From Azolla caroliniana (lineage: Eukaryota > Plantae > Polypodiophyta), in assembly GCA_043228905.1 (NCBI GenBank), contig JBHGNT010000026.1, positions 372,001 through 436,000 on the forward strand: a stretch of 64,000 bases of DNA, read 5' to 3'. The notes under the pieces are model-generated. The model was not told the DNA's origin and did not search any database. It was given only the letters and a program-made list of their open reading frames with translations. The position numbers and the translations under genes were made by a program. Shown here in pieces: positions 1 to 12,450 of the stretch; position 1 is the stretch's first letter; each line of letters starts with the position of its first letter.

Positions 1-178
1 CAAGATTTTGAAACTCAGGTCGAGAGACATGACGAAATTACCAAATTTGAGGAGGGAGTTGAGAGGGACCCTTGAGTAAATTAAAATGGTCATACCTAGC
101 GTGTGTGATATCGGATTTTTGTGTACAAACATGCGAATCGAAGCTAACAACGCTAGCTATGATATGGAATTAAAAAAT
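1..178 (+). repeat. Representative 178-bp monomer
   Basis: First full period. Hand count gives 25 C, 43 G and 7 CpG. It contains GATATC, GCTAGC, CAAATTTG and TGTACA palindromes. Confidence 0.98.
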
Positions 179-1340
179 CAAGATTTTGAAACTCAGGTCG
201 AGAGACATGAAGAAATTACCAAATTTGAGGAGTGAGGTTGGAAGAGCGCGTGAGTGAATTAAAATGTTCATACCTGGCTCGTGTGATATCGGATTTTTGT
301 GTTCAAACATTGGAATCGAAGCTAACAACGCTAGGTATGATATAGAGTTAAAAAATCAACATTTTGAAACTCAGGTCGAGAGACATGACGAAATTACCAA
401 ATTTGAGGAGTGAGTTAAGAAGAGCTATTAGGTAAATTAAAATGTTCATACCTGGCTCGTGTGATATCGGATTTTTGTGTACAAACATGCGAATCGAAGC
501 TAACAACGCTAGCTATGATATGGAATTAAAAAATCAAGATTTTGAAACCCAGGTCGCGAGACATGACGAAATTAGCAAATTTGAGGAGTGAGTTGAGAGG
601 AGCCCTTGAGTAAATTAAAATGTTCATACCTGGCTCGTGTGATATCAGATTTTTGTGTTCAAACATGCGAATCGAAGCTAACAACGCTAGCTATGATATG
701 GAATTAAAAAATCAAGATTTTGAAACTCAGGTCAAGAGACATGACGAAATTAGCAAATTTGAGGAGTGAGTTGAGAGGAGCCCTTGAGTAAATTAAAATG
801 GTCATACATAGCGAGTGTGATATCGGATTTTTGTGTACAAACATGCGAATCGAAGCTAACAACGCTAGCTATGATATGGAATTACAAAATCAAGATTTTG
901 AAACTCAGGTCGAGAGACATGACGAAATTACCAAATTTGAGGAGGGAGTTGAGAGGGACCCTTGAGTAAATTAAAATGGTCATACCTAGCGTGTGTGATA
1001 TCGGATTTTTGTGTACAAACATGCGAATCGAAGCTAACAACGCTAGCTATGATATGGAATTAAAAAATCAAGATTTTGAAACTCAAGTCGAGAGACATGA
1101 ATAAATTACCAAATTTGAGGAGTGAGGTTGGAAGAGCGCGTGAGTGAATTAAAATGTTCATACCTGGCTCGTGTGATATCGGATTTTTGTGTTCAAACAT
1201 TGGAATCGAAGCTAACAACGCTAGGTATGATATAGAGTTAAAAAATCAACATTTTGAAACTCAGGTCGAGAGACATGACGAAATTACCAAATTTGAGGAG
1301 TGAGTTAAGAAGAGCTATTAGGTAAATTAAAATGTTCATA
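1..1340. repeat. Partial 5-monomer (890 bp) offset duplication, about 1-450 vs 891-1340
   Basis: Rare variants GAGAGGGACC (61/951), CCTAGCGTGTGTG (95/985) and AAAAATCAACATTTTG (351/1241) recur exactly 890 bp apart. Confidence 0.8.
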
Positions 1341-2974
1341 CCTAGCTCGTGTGATATCGGATTTTTGTGTTCAAACCTGTGAATCGAAGCTAACAACACT
1401 AGGTATGATATGGAATTACAAAATCAAGATTTTGAAACTCCAGGCGAGAGACATGACGAAATTACCAAATTTGAGGAGTGAGGTTGGAAGAGCGCGTGAG
1501 TGAATTAAAATGTTCATACCTGGCTCGTGTGATATCGGATTTTTGTGTACAAACATGCGAATCGAAGCTAACAACGCTAGCTATGATATGGAATTAAAAA
1601 ATCAAAATTTTGAAACTCAGGTCGAGAGACATGACGAAATTACCAAATTTGAGGAGGGGGTTGAGAGGGGCCCTTGAGTAAATTAAAATGTTCATACCTA
1701 GCTCGTGTGATATCGGATTTTTGTGTTCAAACATGCGAATCGAAGCTAACAACGCTAGCTATGATATGGAGTAAAAAAAACAAGATTTTGAAACTCAGGT
1801 CGAGAGACATGACGAAATTACCAAATTTGAGGAGTGAGTTGAGAGGAGCCCTTGAGTAAATTAAAATGGTCATACCTAGCGATTGTGATATCGGATTTTT
1901 GTGTACAAACATGCGAATCGAAGCTAACAACGCTAGCTATGATATGGAATTAAAAAATCAAGATTTTGAAACTTACGTCGAGAGATATGACGAAATTAGC
2001 AAATTTGAGGAGTGAGTTGAGAGGAGCCCTTGAGTAAATTAAAATGGTCATACCTAGCGAGTGTGATATCGGATTTTTGTGTTCAAACATGCGAATCTAA
2101 GCTAACAACGCTAGCTATGATATGGAATTAAAAAATCAAGATTTTGAAACTCAGGTCGAGAGACATGACGAAATTACCAAATTTGAGGAGCGAGTTAAGA
2201 AGAGCTATTAGGTACATTACAATGTTCATACCTGGCTCGTGTGATATCGGATTTTTGTGTTCAAACATGCGAATCGAAGCTAACAACGCTAGCTATGATA
2301 TGGAATAAAAAAAACAAGATTTTCAAACTCAGGTCAAGAGACATGAAGAAATTAGCAAATTTGAGGAGTGAGTTGAGAGGAGCCCTTGAGTAAATTAAAA
2401 TGGTCATACCTAGAGAGTGTGATATCGGATTTTTGTGTACAAACATGCGAATCGAAGCTAACAACGCTAGCTATGATATGGAATTAAAAAATCAAGACTT
2501 TGAAACTCAGGTCAAGAGACATGACGAAATTACTAAATTTGAGGAGGGAGTTGAGAGGGGCCCTTGAGTAAATTAAAATGGTCATACCTAGCTCGTGTGA
2601 TATCGGATTTTTGTGTTCAAACATGCGAATCGAAGCTAACAACGCTAGCTACGACATGGAATAAAAAAAAACAAGATTTTGAAACTCAGGTCAAGAGACA
2701 TGACGAAATTAGCAAATTTGAGGAGTGAGTTGAGAGGAGCCCTTGACTAAATTAAAATGTTCATACATAGCGAGTGTGATATCGGATTTTTGTGTACAAA
2801 CATGCGAATCGAAGCTAAAAACGCTAGCTATGATATGGAATTAAAAAATCAAGATTTTGAAACTCAGGTCGAGAGACATGACGAAATTACCAAATTTGAG
2901 GAGGGAGTTGAGAGGGGCCCTTGAGTAAATTAATATGTTCATACCTAGCTCGTGTGATATCGGATTTTTGTGTT

Positions 2975-4149
2975 CAAACATGCGAATCGAAGCTAACAAC
3001 GCTAGCTATGATATGGAATTAAAAAATCAAGATTTTGAAACTCAGGTCGAGAGACATGACGAAATTACCAAATTTGAGGAGTGAGTTGAGAGGAGCCCTT
3101 GAGTAAATTATAATGTTCATACCTGGTTCGTGTGATATCGGATTTTTGTGTTCAAACATGCGAATCGAAGCTAATAACGCTAGCTATGATATGGAATTAA
3201 AAAATCAAGATTTTGAAACTCAAGTCAAGAGACATGAAGAAATTACCAAATTTGAGGAGTGAGGTTGGAAGAGCGCGTGAGTGAATTAAAATGTTCATAC
3301 CTGGCTCGTGTGATATCGGATTTTTGTGTTCAAACATGCGAATCGAAGCTAACAACGCTAGCTATGATATGGAATAAAAAAAACAAGATTTTCAAACTCA
3401 GGTCAAGAGACATGACGAAATTAGCAAATTTGAGGAGTGAGTTGAGAGGAGCCCTTGAGTAAATTAAAATGTTCATACATAGCGAGTGTGATATCGGATT
3501 TTTGTGTACAAACATGCGAATCGAAGCTAACAACGCTAGCTATGATATGGAATTAAAAAATCAAGATTTTGAAACTCAGGTCGAGAGACATGACGAAATT
3601 ACCAAATTTGAGGAGTGAGTTGAGAGGAGCCCTTGAGTAAATTATAATGTTCATACCTGGTTCGTGTGATATCGGATTTTTGTGTTCAAACATGCGAATC
3701 GAAGCTAATAACGCTAGCTATGATATGGAATTAAAAAATCAAGATTTTGAAACTCAAGTCAAGAGACATGAAGAAATTACCAAATTTGAGGAGTGAGGTT
3801 GGAAGAGCGCGTGAGTGAATTAAAATGTTCATACCTGGCTCGTGTGATATCGGATTTTTGTGTTCAAACATGCGAATCGAAGCTAACAACGCTAGCTATG
3901 ATATGGAATAAAAAAAACAAGATTTTCAAACTCAGGTCAAGAGACATGACGAAATTAGCAAATTTGAGGAGTGAGTTGAGAGGAGCCCTTGAGTAAATTA
4001 AAATGTTCATACATAGCGAGTGTGATATCGGATTTTTGTGTACAAACATGCGAATCGAAGCTAACAACGCTAGCTATGATATGGAATTAAAAAATCAAGA
4101 TTTTGAAACTCAGGTCGAGAGACATGACGAAATTACCAAATTTGAGGAG
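2975..4149. repeat. 3-monomer (534 bp) tandem duplication
   Basis: Identical ORF pairs at 3259/3793 and 3330/3864, with the same order of variants. Confidence 0.88.
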
Positions 4150-4909
4150 GGGGTTGAGAGGGGCCCTTGAGTAAATTAAAATGTTCATACCTAGCTCGTG
4201 TGATATCGGATTTTTGTGTTCAAACATGCGAATCGAAGCTAACAACGCTAGCTATGATATGGAATTAAAAAATCAAGATTTTGAAACTCAGATCGAGAGA
4301 CATGACGAAATTACCAAATTTGAGGAGGGAGTTGAGAGGAGCCCTTGAGTAAATTAAAATGGTCATACCTAGAGAGTGTGATATCGGATTTTTGTGTTCA
4401 AACATTGGAATCGAAGCTAACAACGCTAGGTATGATATAGAATTAAAAAATCAAGATTTTGAAACTCAGGTCGAGAGACATGACGAAATTACCAAATTTG
4501 AGGAGTGAGTTAAGAAGAGCTATTAGGTAAATTATAATGTTCATACCTGGCTCGTGTGATATCGGATTTCTGTGTTCAAACATGCGAATCGAAGCTAATA
4601 ACGCTAGCTATGATATGGAATTAAAAAATCAATATTTTGAAACTCAGGTCGAGAGACATGACGAAATTAGCAAATTTGAGGAGTGAGTTGAGATGAGCCC
4701 TTGAGTAAATTAAAATGTTCATACATAGCGAGTGTGATATCGGATTTTTGTGTACAAACATGCGAATCGAAGCTAACAACGCTAGCTATGATATGGAATT
4801 AAAAAATCAAGATTTTGAAACTCAGGTCGAGAGACATGACGAAATTACCAAATTTGAGGAGTGACTTGAGAGGAGCCCTTGAGTAAATTATAATGTTCAT
4901 ACCTGGTTC

Positions 4910-5929
4910 GTGTGATATCGGATTTTTGTGTTCAAACATGCGAATCGAAGCTAACAACGCTAGCTATGATATGGAATTGAAAAATGAAGATTTTGAAACT
5001 CAGGTCGAGAGACATGACAAAATTAGCAAATTTGAGGAGTGAGTTGAGAGGAGCCCTTGAGTAGATAAAAATGTTCATACCTAGCTCGTGTGATATCGGA
5101 TTTTTGTGTTCAAACATGCGAATCGAAGCTAACAACGCTAGCTATGATATGGAATTAAAAAATCAAGATTTTGAAACTAAGGTCGAGAGACATGACGAAA
5201 TTAGCAAATTTGAGGAGTGAGTTGAGAGGAGCCCTCGAGTAAATTAAAATGGTCATACCTAGCGAGTGTGATATCGGATTTTTGTGTACAAACATGCGAA
5301 TCGAAGCTAACAACGCTAGCTATGATATGGAATTAAAAAATCAAGATTTTGAAACTCAGGTCGAGAGACATGAAGAAATTACCAAATTTGAGGAGTGAGG
5401 TTGGAAGAGCGCGTGAGTGAATTAAAATGTTCATACCTGGCTCGTGTGATATAGGATTTTTGTGTTCAAACATGCGAATCGAAGCTAACAACGCTAGCTA
5501 TGATATGGAATTGAAAAATGAAGATTTTGAAACTCAGGTCGAGAGACATGACAAAATTAGCAAATTTGAGGAGTGAGTTGAGAGGAGCCCTTGAGTAGAT
5601 AAAAATGTTCATACCTAGCTCGTGTGATATCGGATTTTTGTGTTCAAACATCCGAATCGAAGCTAACAACGCTAGCTATGATATGGAATTAAAAAATCAA
5701 GATTTTGAAACTAAGGTCGAGAGACATGACGAAATTAGCAAATTTGAGGAGTGAGTTGAGAGGAGCCCTCGAGTAAATTAAAATGGTCATACCTAGCGAG
5801 TGTGATATCGGTTTTTTGTGTACAAACATGCGAATCGAAGCTAACAATGCTAGCTATGATATGGAATTAAAAAATCAAGATTTTGAAACTCAGGTCGAGA
5901 GACATGAAGAAATTACCAAATTTGAGGAG
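4910..5929. repeat. 3-monomer (534 bp) tandem duplication
   Basis: Identical ORFs at 4932/5466. Markers GAAAAATGAAG, GAGTAGATAAAA and GCCCTCGAG repeat at 534 bp. Confidence 0.88.
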
Positions 5930-6943
5930 GGAGTTAAGAAGAGCTATTAGGTAAATTACAATGTTCATACCTGGCTCGTGTGATATCGGATTTTTGTGTT
6001 CAAACATTGGAATCGAAGCTAACAACGCTAGGTATGATATAGAATTAAAAAATCAACATTTTGAAACTCAGGTCGAGAGACATGACGAAATTACCAAATT
6101 TGAGGAGTGAGTTAAGAAGAGCTATTAGGTAAATTATAATGTTCATACCTGGCTCGTGTGATATCGGATTTCTGTGTTCAAACATGCGAATCGAAGCTAA
6201 TAACGCTAGCTATGATATGGAATTAAAAAATCAATATTTTGAAACTCAGGTCGAGAGACATGACGAAATTAGCAAATTTGAGGAGTGAGTTGAGATGAGC
6301 CCTTGAGTAAATTAAAATGTTCATACCTAGCGAGTGTGATATCGGATTTTTGTGTACAAACATGCGAATCGAAGCTAACAACACTAGCTATGATATGGAA
6401 TTAAAAAATCAAGATTTTGAAACTCAGGTCGAGAGACATGACGAAATTACCAAATTTGAGGAGTGAGTTGAGAGGAGCCCTTGAGTAAATTTAAATGGTC
6501 ATACCTATAGATTGTGATATCGGATTTTTGTGTACAAACATGCGAATCGAAGCTAACAACGCTAGCTGTGATATGGAATTAAAAAATCAAAATATTGAAA
6601 CTCAGGTCGACAGACATGAAGAAATTACCAAATTTGAGGAGTGAGGTTAGAAGAGCGCGTGAGTGAATTAAAATGTTCAAACATCGCTCGTGTGATATCG
6701 GATTTTTGTGTACAAACATGCGAATCGAAGCTAACAACGCTAGCTATGATATGGAATTAAAAAATCAAGATTTTGAAACCCAGGTCGCGAGACATGACGA
6801 AATTACCAAATTTGAGGAGGGAGTTGAGAGGAGCCCTTGAGTAAATTAAAATGGTCATACCTAGCGAGTGTGATATCGGATTTTTGTGTACAAACATGTG
6901 AATCGAAGCTAACAACGCTAGCTATGATATGGAATTGAAAAAT

Positions 6944-8359
6944 CAAGATTTTGAAACTCAGGTGGAGAGAAATGACGAAATTAGCAGATTTGAGGAGTGA
7001 GTTGAGAGGAGCCCTTGAGTAAATTAAAATGGTCATACCTAGCGAGTGTGATATCGCACTTTTGTGTACAAACATGCGAATCGAAGCTAACAACGCTAGC
7101 TATGATATGGAATTAAAAAATCAAGATTTTGAAACTAAGGTCGAGAGACATGACGAAATTACCAAATTTGAGGAGGGAGTTGAGAGGAGCCCTTGAGTAA
7201 ATTAAAATGTTCATACCTGGCTCGTGTGATATCGGATTTTTGTGTTCAAACATGCGAATCGAAGCTCACAACGCTAGCTATGATATGGAATTAAAAAATC
7301 AATATTTTGAAAGTCAGGTCGAGAGACATGACGAAATTAGCAAATTTGAGGAGTGAGTTGAGAGAAGCCCTTGAGTAAATTACAATGTTCATACCTGGTT
7401 CGTGTGATATCGGATTTTTGTGTTCAAACATGCGAATCGAAGCTAACAACGCTAGCTATGATATGGAATAAAAAAAACAAGATTTTGAAACTCAGGTCGA
7501 GAGACATGACGAAATTACCAAATTTGAGGAGTGAGTTGAGAGGAGCCCTTGAGTAAATTAAAATGGTCATACCTAGCGAGTGTGATATCGGATTTTTGTG
7601 TACAAACATGCGAATCGAAGCTAACAACGCTAGCTATGATATGGAATTAAAAAATCAAGATTTTGAAACTCAGGTCGAGAGACATGACGAAATTACCAAA
7701 TTTGAGGAGGGGGTTGAGTGGGGCCCTTGAGTAAATTACAATGTTCATACCTAGCTCGTGTGATATCGGATTTTTGTGTTCAAACATGCGAATCGAAGCT
7801 AACAACGCTAGCTATGATATGGAGTAAAAAAAACAAGATTTTGAAACTCAGGTGGAGAGACATGACGAAATTAGCAAATTTGAGGAGTGAGTTGAGAGGA
7901 GCCCTTGAGTAAATTAAAATGGTCATACCTAGCGAGTGTGATATCGCACTTTTGTGTACAGACATGCGAATCGAAGCTAACAACGCTAGCTATGATATGG
8001 AATTAAAAAATCAAGATTTTGAAACTCAGGTCGAGAGACATGACGAAATTACCAAATTTGAGGAGGGAGTTGAGAGGAGCCCTTGAGTAAATTAAAATGT
8101 TCATACCTGGCTCGTGTGATATCGGATTTTTGTGTTCAAACATGCGAATCGAAGCTCACAACGCTAGCTATAATATGGAATTAAAAAATCAATATTTTGA
8201 AAGTCAGGTCGAGAGACATGACGAAATTAGCAAATTTGAGGAGTGAGTTGAGAGAAGCCCTTGAGTAAATTACAATGTTTATACCTGGTTCGTGTGATAT
8301 CGGATTTTTGTGTTCAAACATGCGAATCGAAGCTAACAACGCTAGCTATGATATGGAAT
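6944..8359. repeat. Partial 5-monomer (890 bp) offset duplication, about 6944-7469 vs 7834-8359
   Basis: Private variants GGTGGAGAGA (6961/7851), ATATCGCACT (7051/7941), GAAGCTCACA (7261/8151) and AAGTCAGGTC (7311/8201). Confidence 0.85.
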
Positions 8360-9457
8360 TAAAAAATCAAGATTTTGAAACTAAGGTCGAGAGACATGAC
8401 GAAATTACCAAATTTGAGGAGTGAGTTGAGAGGAGCCCTTGAGTAAATGAAAATAGTCATACCTAGCGAGTGTGATATCGGATTTTTGTGTACAAACATG
8501 CGAATCGAAGCTAACAACGCTAGCTATGATATGGAATTAAAAAATCAATATTTTGAAACTCAGGTCGAGAGACATGAAGAAATTACCAAATTTGAGGAGG
8601 GAGTTAAGAAGAGCTATTAGGTAAATTACAATGTTCATACCTGGCTCGTGTGATATCGGATTTTTGTGTTCAAACATTGGAATCGAAGCTAACAACGCTA
8701 GGTATGATATAGAATTAAAAAATCAAGATTTTGAAACTCAGGTCGAGAGACATGACGAAATTACCAAATTTGAGGAGTGAGTTAAGAAGAGCTATTAGGT
8801 AAATTAAAATGTTCATACCTGGCTCGTGTGATATCGGATTTTTGTGTTCAAACCTGTGAATCGAAGCTAACAACGCTAGGTATGATATGGAATTACAAAA
8901 TCAAGATTTTGAAACTCCAGGCGAGAGACATGACGAAATTACCAAATTTGAGGAGTGAGGTTGGAAGAGCGCGTGAGTGAATTAAAATGTTCATACCTGG
9001 CTCGTGTGATATCGGATTTTTGTGTTCAAACATGCGAATCGAAGCTAACAACGCTAGCTATGATATGGAATTAAAAAATCAAGATTTTGAAACTCAGGTC
9101 AAGAGACATGACGAAATTAGCAAATTTGAGGAGTGAGTTGAGAGGAGCCCTTGAGTAAATTAAAATGGTCATACATAGCGAGTGTGATATCGGATTTTTG
9201 TGTACAAACATGCGAATCGAAGCTAACAACGCTAGCTATGATATGGAATTAAAAAATCAAGATTTTGAAACTCAGGTCGAGAGACATGACGAAATTACCA
9301 AATTTGAGGAGGGAGTTGAGAGGGACCCTTGAGTAAATTAAAATGGTCATACCTAGCGAGTGTGATATCGGATTTTTGTGTACAAACATGCGAATCGAAG
9401 CTAACAACGCTAGCTATGATATGGAATTAAAAAATCAAGATTTTGAAACTCAGGTCG

Positions 9458-12097
9458 AGAGACATGAAGAAATTACCAAATTTGAGGAGTGAGGTTGGAA
9501 GAGCGCGTGAGTGAATTAAAATGTTCATACCTGGCTCGTGTGATATCGGATTTTTGTGTTCAAACATGCGAATCGAAGCTAACAACGCTAGCTATGATAT
9601 GGAATTGAAAAATCAAGATTTTGAAACTCAGGTCGAGAGACATGACAAAATTAGCAAATTTGAGGAGTGAGTTGAGAGGAGCCCTTGAGTAGATAAAAAT
9701 GTTCATACCTAGCTCGTGTGATATCGGATTTTTGTGTTCAAACATCCGAATCGAAGCTAACAACGCTAGCTATGATATGGAATTAAAAAATCAAGATTTT
9801 GAAACTAAGGTCGAGAGACATGACGAAATTAGCAAATTTGAGGAGTGAGTTGAGAGGAGCCCTCGAGTAAATTAAAATGGTCATACCTAGCGAGTGTGAT
9901 ATCGGTTTTTTGTGTACAAACATGCGAATCGATGCTAACAATACTAGCTATGATATGGAATTAAAAAATCAAGATTTTGAAACTCAGGTCGAGAGACATG
10001 AAGAAATTACCAAATTTGAGGAGGGAGTTAAGAAGAGCTATTAGGTAAATTACAATGTTCATACCTGGCTCGTGTGATATCGGATTTTTGTGTTCAAACA
10101 TTGGAATCGAAGCTAACAACGCTAGGTATGCTATAGAATTAAAAAATCAAGATTTTGAAACTCAGGTCGAGAGACATGACGAAATTACCAAATTTGAGGA
10201 GTGAGTTAAGAAGAGCTATTAGGTAAATTATAATGTTCATACCTGGCTCGTGTGATATCGGATTTCTGTGTTCAAACATGCGAATCGAAGCTAATAACGC
10301 TAGCTATGATATGGAATGAAAAAATCAAGATTTTGAAACTCAGGTCGAGAGACATGACGAAATTACCAAATTTGAGGAGGGAGTTGAGAGGGGCCCTTGA
10401 GTAAATTAATATGTTCATACCTAGCTCGTGTGATATCGGATTTTTGTGTACAAACATGCGAATCGAAGCTAACAACGCTAGCTATGATATGGAATTAAAA
10501 AATCAAGATTTTGAAACTCAGGTCGAGAGACATGACGAAATTACCAAATTTGAGGAGTGAGTTGAGAGGAGCCCTTGAGTAAATTATAATGTTCATACCT
10601 GGTTCGTGTGATATCGGATTTTTGTGTTCAAACATGCGAATCGAAGCTAATAACGCTAGCTATGATATGGAATTAAAAAATCAAGATTTTGCAACTCAAG
10701 TCAAGAGACATGAAGAAATTACCAAATTTGAGGAGTGAGGTTGGAAGAGCGCGTGAGTGAATTAAAATGTTCATACCTGGCTCGTGTGATATCGGATTTT
10801 TGTGTTCAAACATGCGAATCGAAGCTAACAACGCTAGCTATGATATGGAATTGAAAAATCAAGATTTTGAAACTCAGGTCGAGAGACATGACAAAATTAG
10901 CAAATTTGAGGAGTGAGTTGAGAGGAGCCCTTGAGTAGATAAAAATGTTCATACCTAGCTCGTGTGATATCGGATTTTTGTGTTCAAACATCCGAATCGA
11001 AGCTAACAACGCTAGCTATGATATGGAATTAAAAAATCAAGATTTTGAAACTAAGGTCGAGAGACATGACGAAATTAGCAAATTTGAGGAGTGAGTTGAG
11101 AGGAGCCCTCGAGTAAATTAAAATGGTCATACCTAGCGAGTGTGATATCGGTTTTTTGTGTACAAACATGCGAATCGAAGCTAACAATGCTAGCTATGAT
11201 ATGGAATTAAAAAATCAAGATTTTGAAACTCAGGTCGAGAGACATGAAGAAATTACCAAATTTGAGGAGGGAGTTAAGAAGAGCTATTAGGTAAATTACA
11301 ATGTTCATACCTGGCTCGTGTGATATCGGATTTTTGTGTTCAAACATTGGAATCGAAGCTAACAACGCTAGCTATGATATAGAATTAAAAAATCAAGATT
11401 TTGAAACTCAGGTCGAGAGACATGACGAAATTACCAAATTTGAGGAGTGAGTTAAGAAGAGCTATTAGGTAAATTATAATGTTCATACCTGGCTCGTGTG
11501 ATATCGGATTTCTGTGTTCAAACATGCGAATCGAAGCTAATAACGCTAGCTATGATATGGAATGAAAAAATGAAGATTTTGAAACTCAGGTCGAGAGACA
11601 TGACGAAATTACCAAATTTGAGGAGGGAGTTGAGAGGGGCCCTTGAGTAAATTAATATGTTCATACCTAGCTCGTGTGATATCGGATTTTTGTGTACAAA
11701 CATGCGAATCGAAGCTAACAACGCTAGCTATGATATGGAATTAAAAAATCAAGATTTTGAAACTCAGGTCGAGAGACATGACGAAATTACCAAATTTGAG
11801 GAGTGAGTTGAGAGGAGCCCTTGAGTAAATTATAATGTTCATACCTGGTTCGTGTGATATCGGATTTTTGTGTTCAAACATGCGAATCGAAGCTAATAAC
11901 GCTAGCTATGATATGGAATTAAAAAATCAAGATTTTGCAACTCAAGTCAAGAGACATGAAGAAATTACCAAATTTGAGGAGTGAGGTTGGAAGAGCGCGT
12001 GAGTGAATTAAAATGTTCATACCTGGCTCGTGTGATATCGGATTTTTGTGTTCAAACATGCGAATCGAAGCTAACAACGCTAGCTATGATATGGAAT
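9458..12097. repeat. 7-monomer (1246 bp) tandem duplication
   Basis: ORF offsets 9560 to 10806 and 10272 to 11518 both equal 1246 = 7x178. Shared markers include CATCCGAATC and GGAATGAAAAAA; a few SNPs differ between copies. Confidence 0.88.
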
Positions 12098-12430
12098 AAA
12101 AAAAACAAGATTTTCAAACTGAGGTCAAGAGACATGACGAAATTAGCAAATTTGAGGAGTGAGTTGAGAGGAGCCCTTGAGTAAATTAAAATGGTCATAC
12201 CTAGAGAGTGTGATATCGGATTTTTGTGTACAAACATGCGAATCGAAGCTAACAACGCTAGCTATGATATGGAATTAAAAAATCAAGACTTTGAAACTCA
12301 GGTCAAGAGACATGACGAAATTAGCAAATTTGAGGAGGGAGTTGAAAGGGGCCCTTGAGTAAATTAAAATGGTCATACCTAGCTCGTGTGATATCGGATT
12401 TTTGTGTTCAAACATGCGAATCGAAGCTAA

Positions 12431-12450
12431 CAACGCTAGGTCGAGAGACA
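12431..12450. other. Out-of-register junction, net -40 bp (138-bp monomer)
   Basis: CAACGCTAG is joined directly to GTCGAGAGAC, missing CTATGATATGGAATTAAAAAATCAAGATTTTGAAACTCAG. The ORF offset 12052 to 12902 is 850 = 5x178-40. Confidence 0.95.

Noticed and set aside
49-67. AGGAGG Shine-Dalgarno-like motif, and TATAAT in some monomers
   Set aside because: These are chance matches repeated with the monomer. The context is eukaryote-type satellite with no credible downstream gene.
1-178. Identity with Arabidopsis thaliana CEN178 or primate alpha satellite because of the length
   Set aside because: Only the size is similar. I recognise no sequence similarity, and there is no recurring AAGCTT site or canonical CENP-B box.
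1-178. 5S rRNA, tRNA or snRNA tandem gene array
   Set aside because: No recognisable 5S, tRNA cloverleaf or Pol III A/B/C box sequence in the monomer.
1651-1673. G-rich variant GAGGAGGGGGTTGAGAGGGGCCC as a G-quadruplex
   Set aside because: It has only two runs of three or more G, so it does not meet the canonical four-tract pattern. At most it could form a weak two-tier structure.
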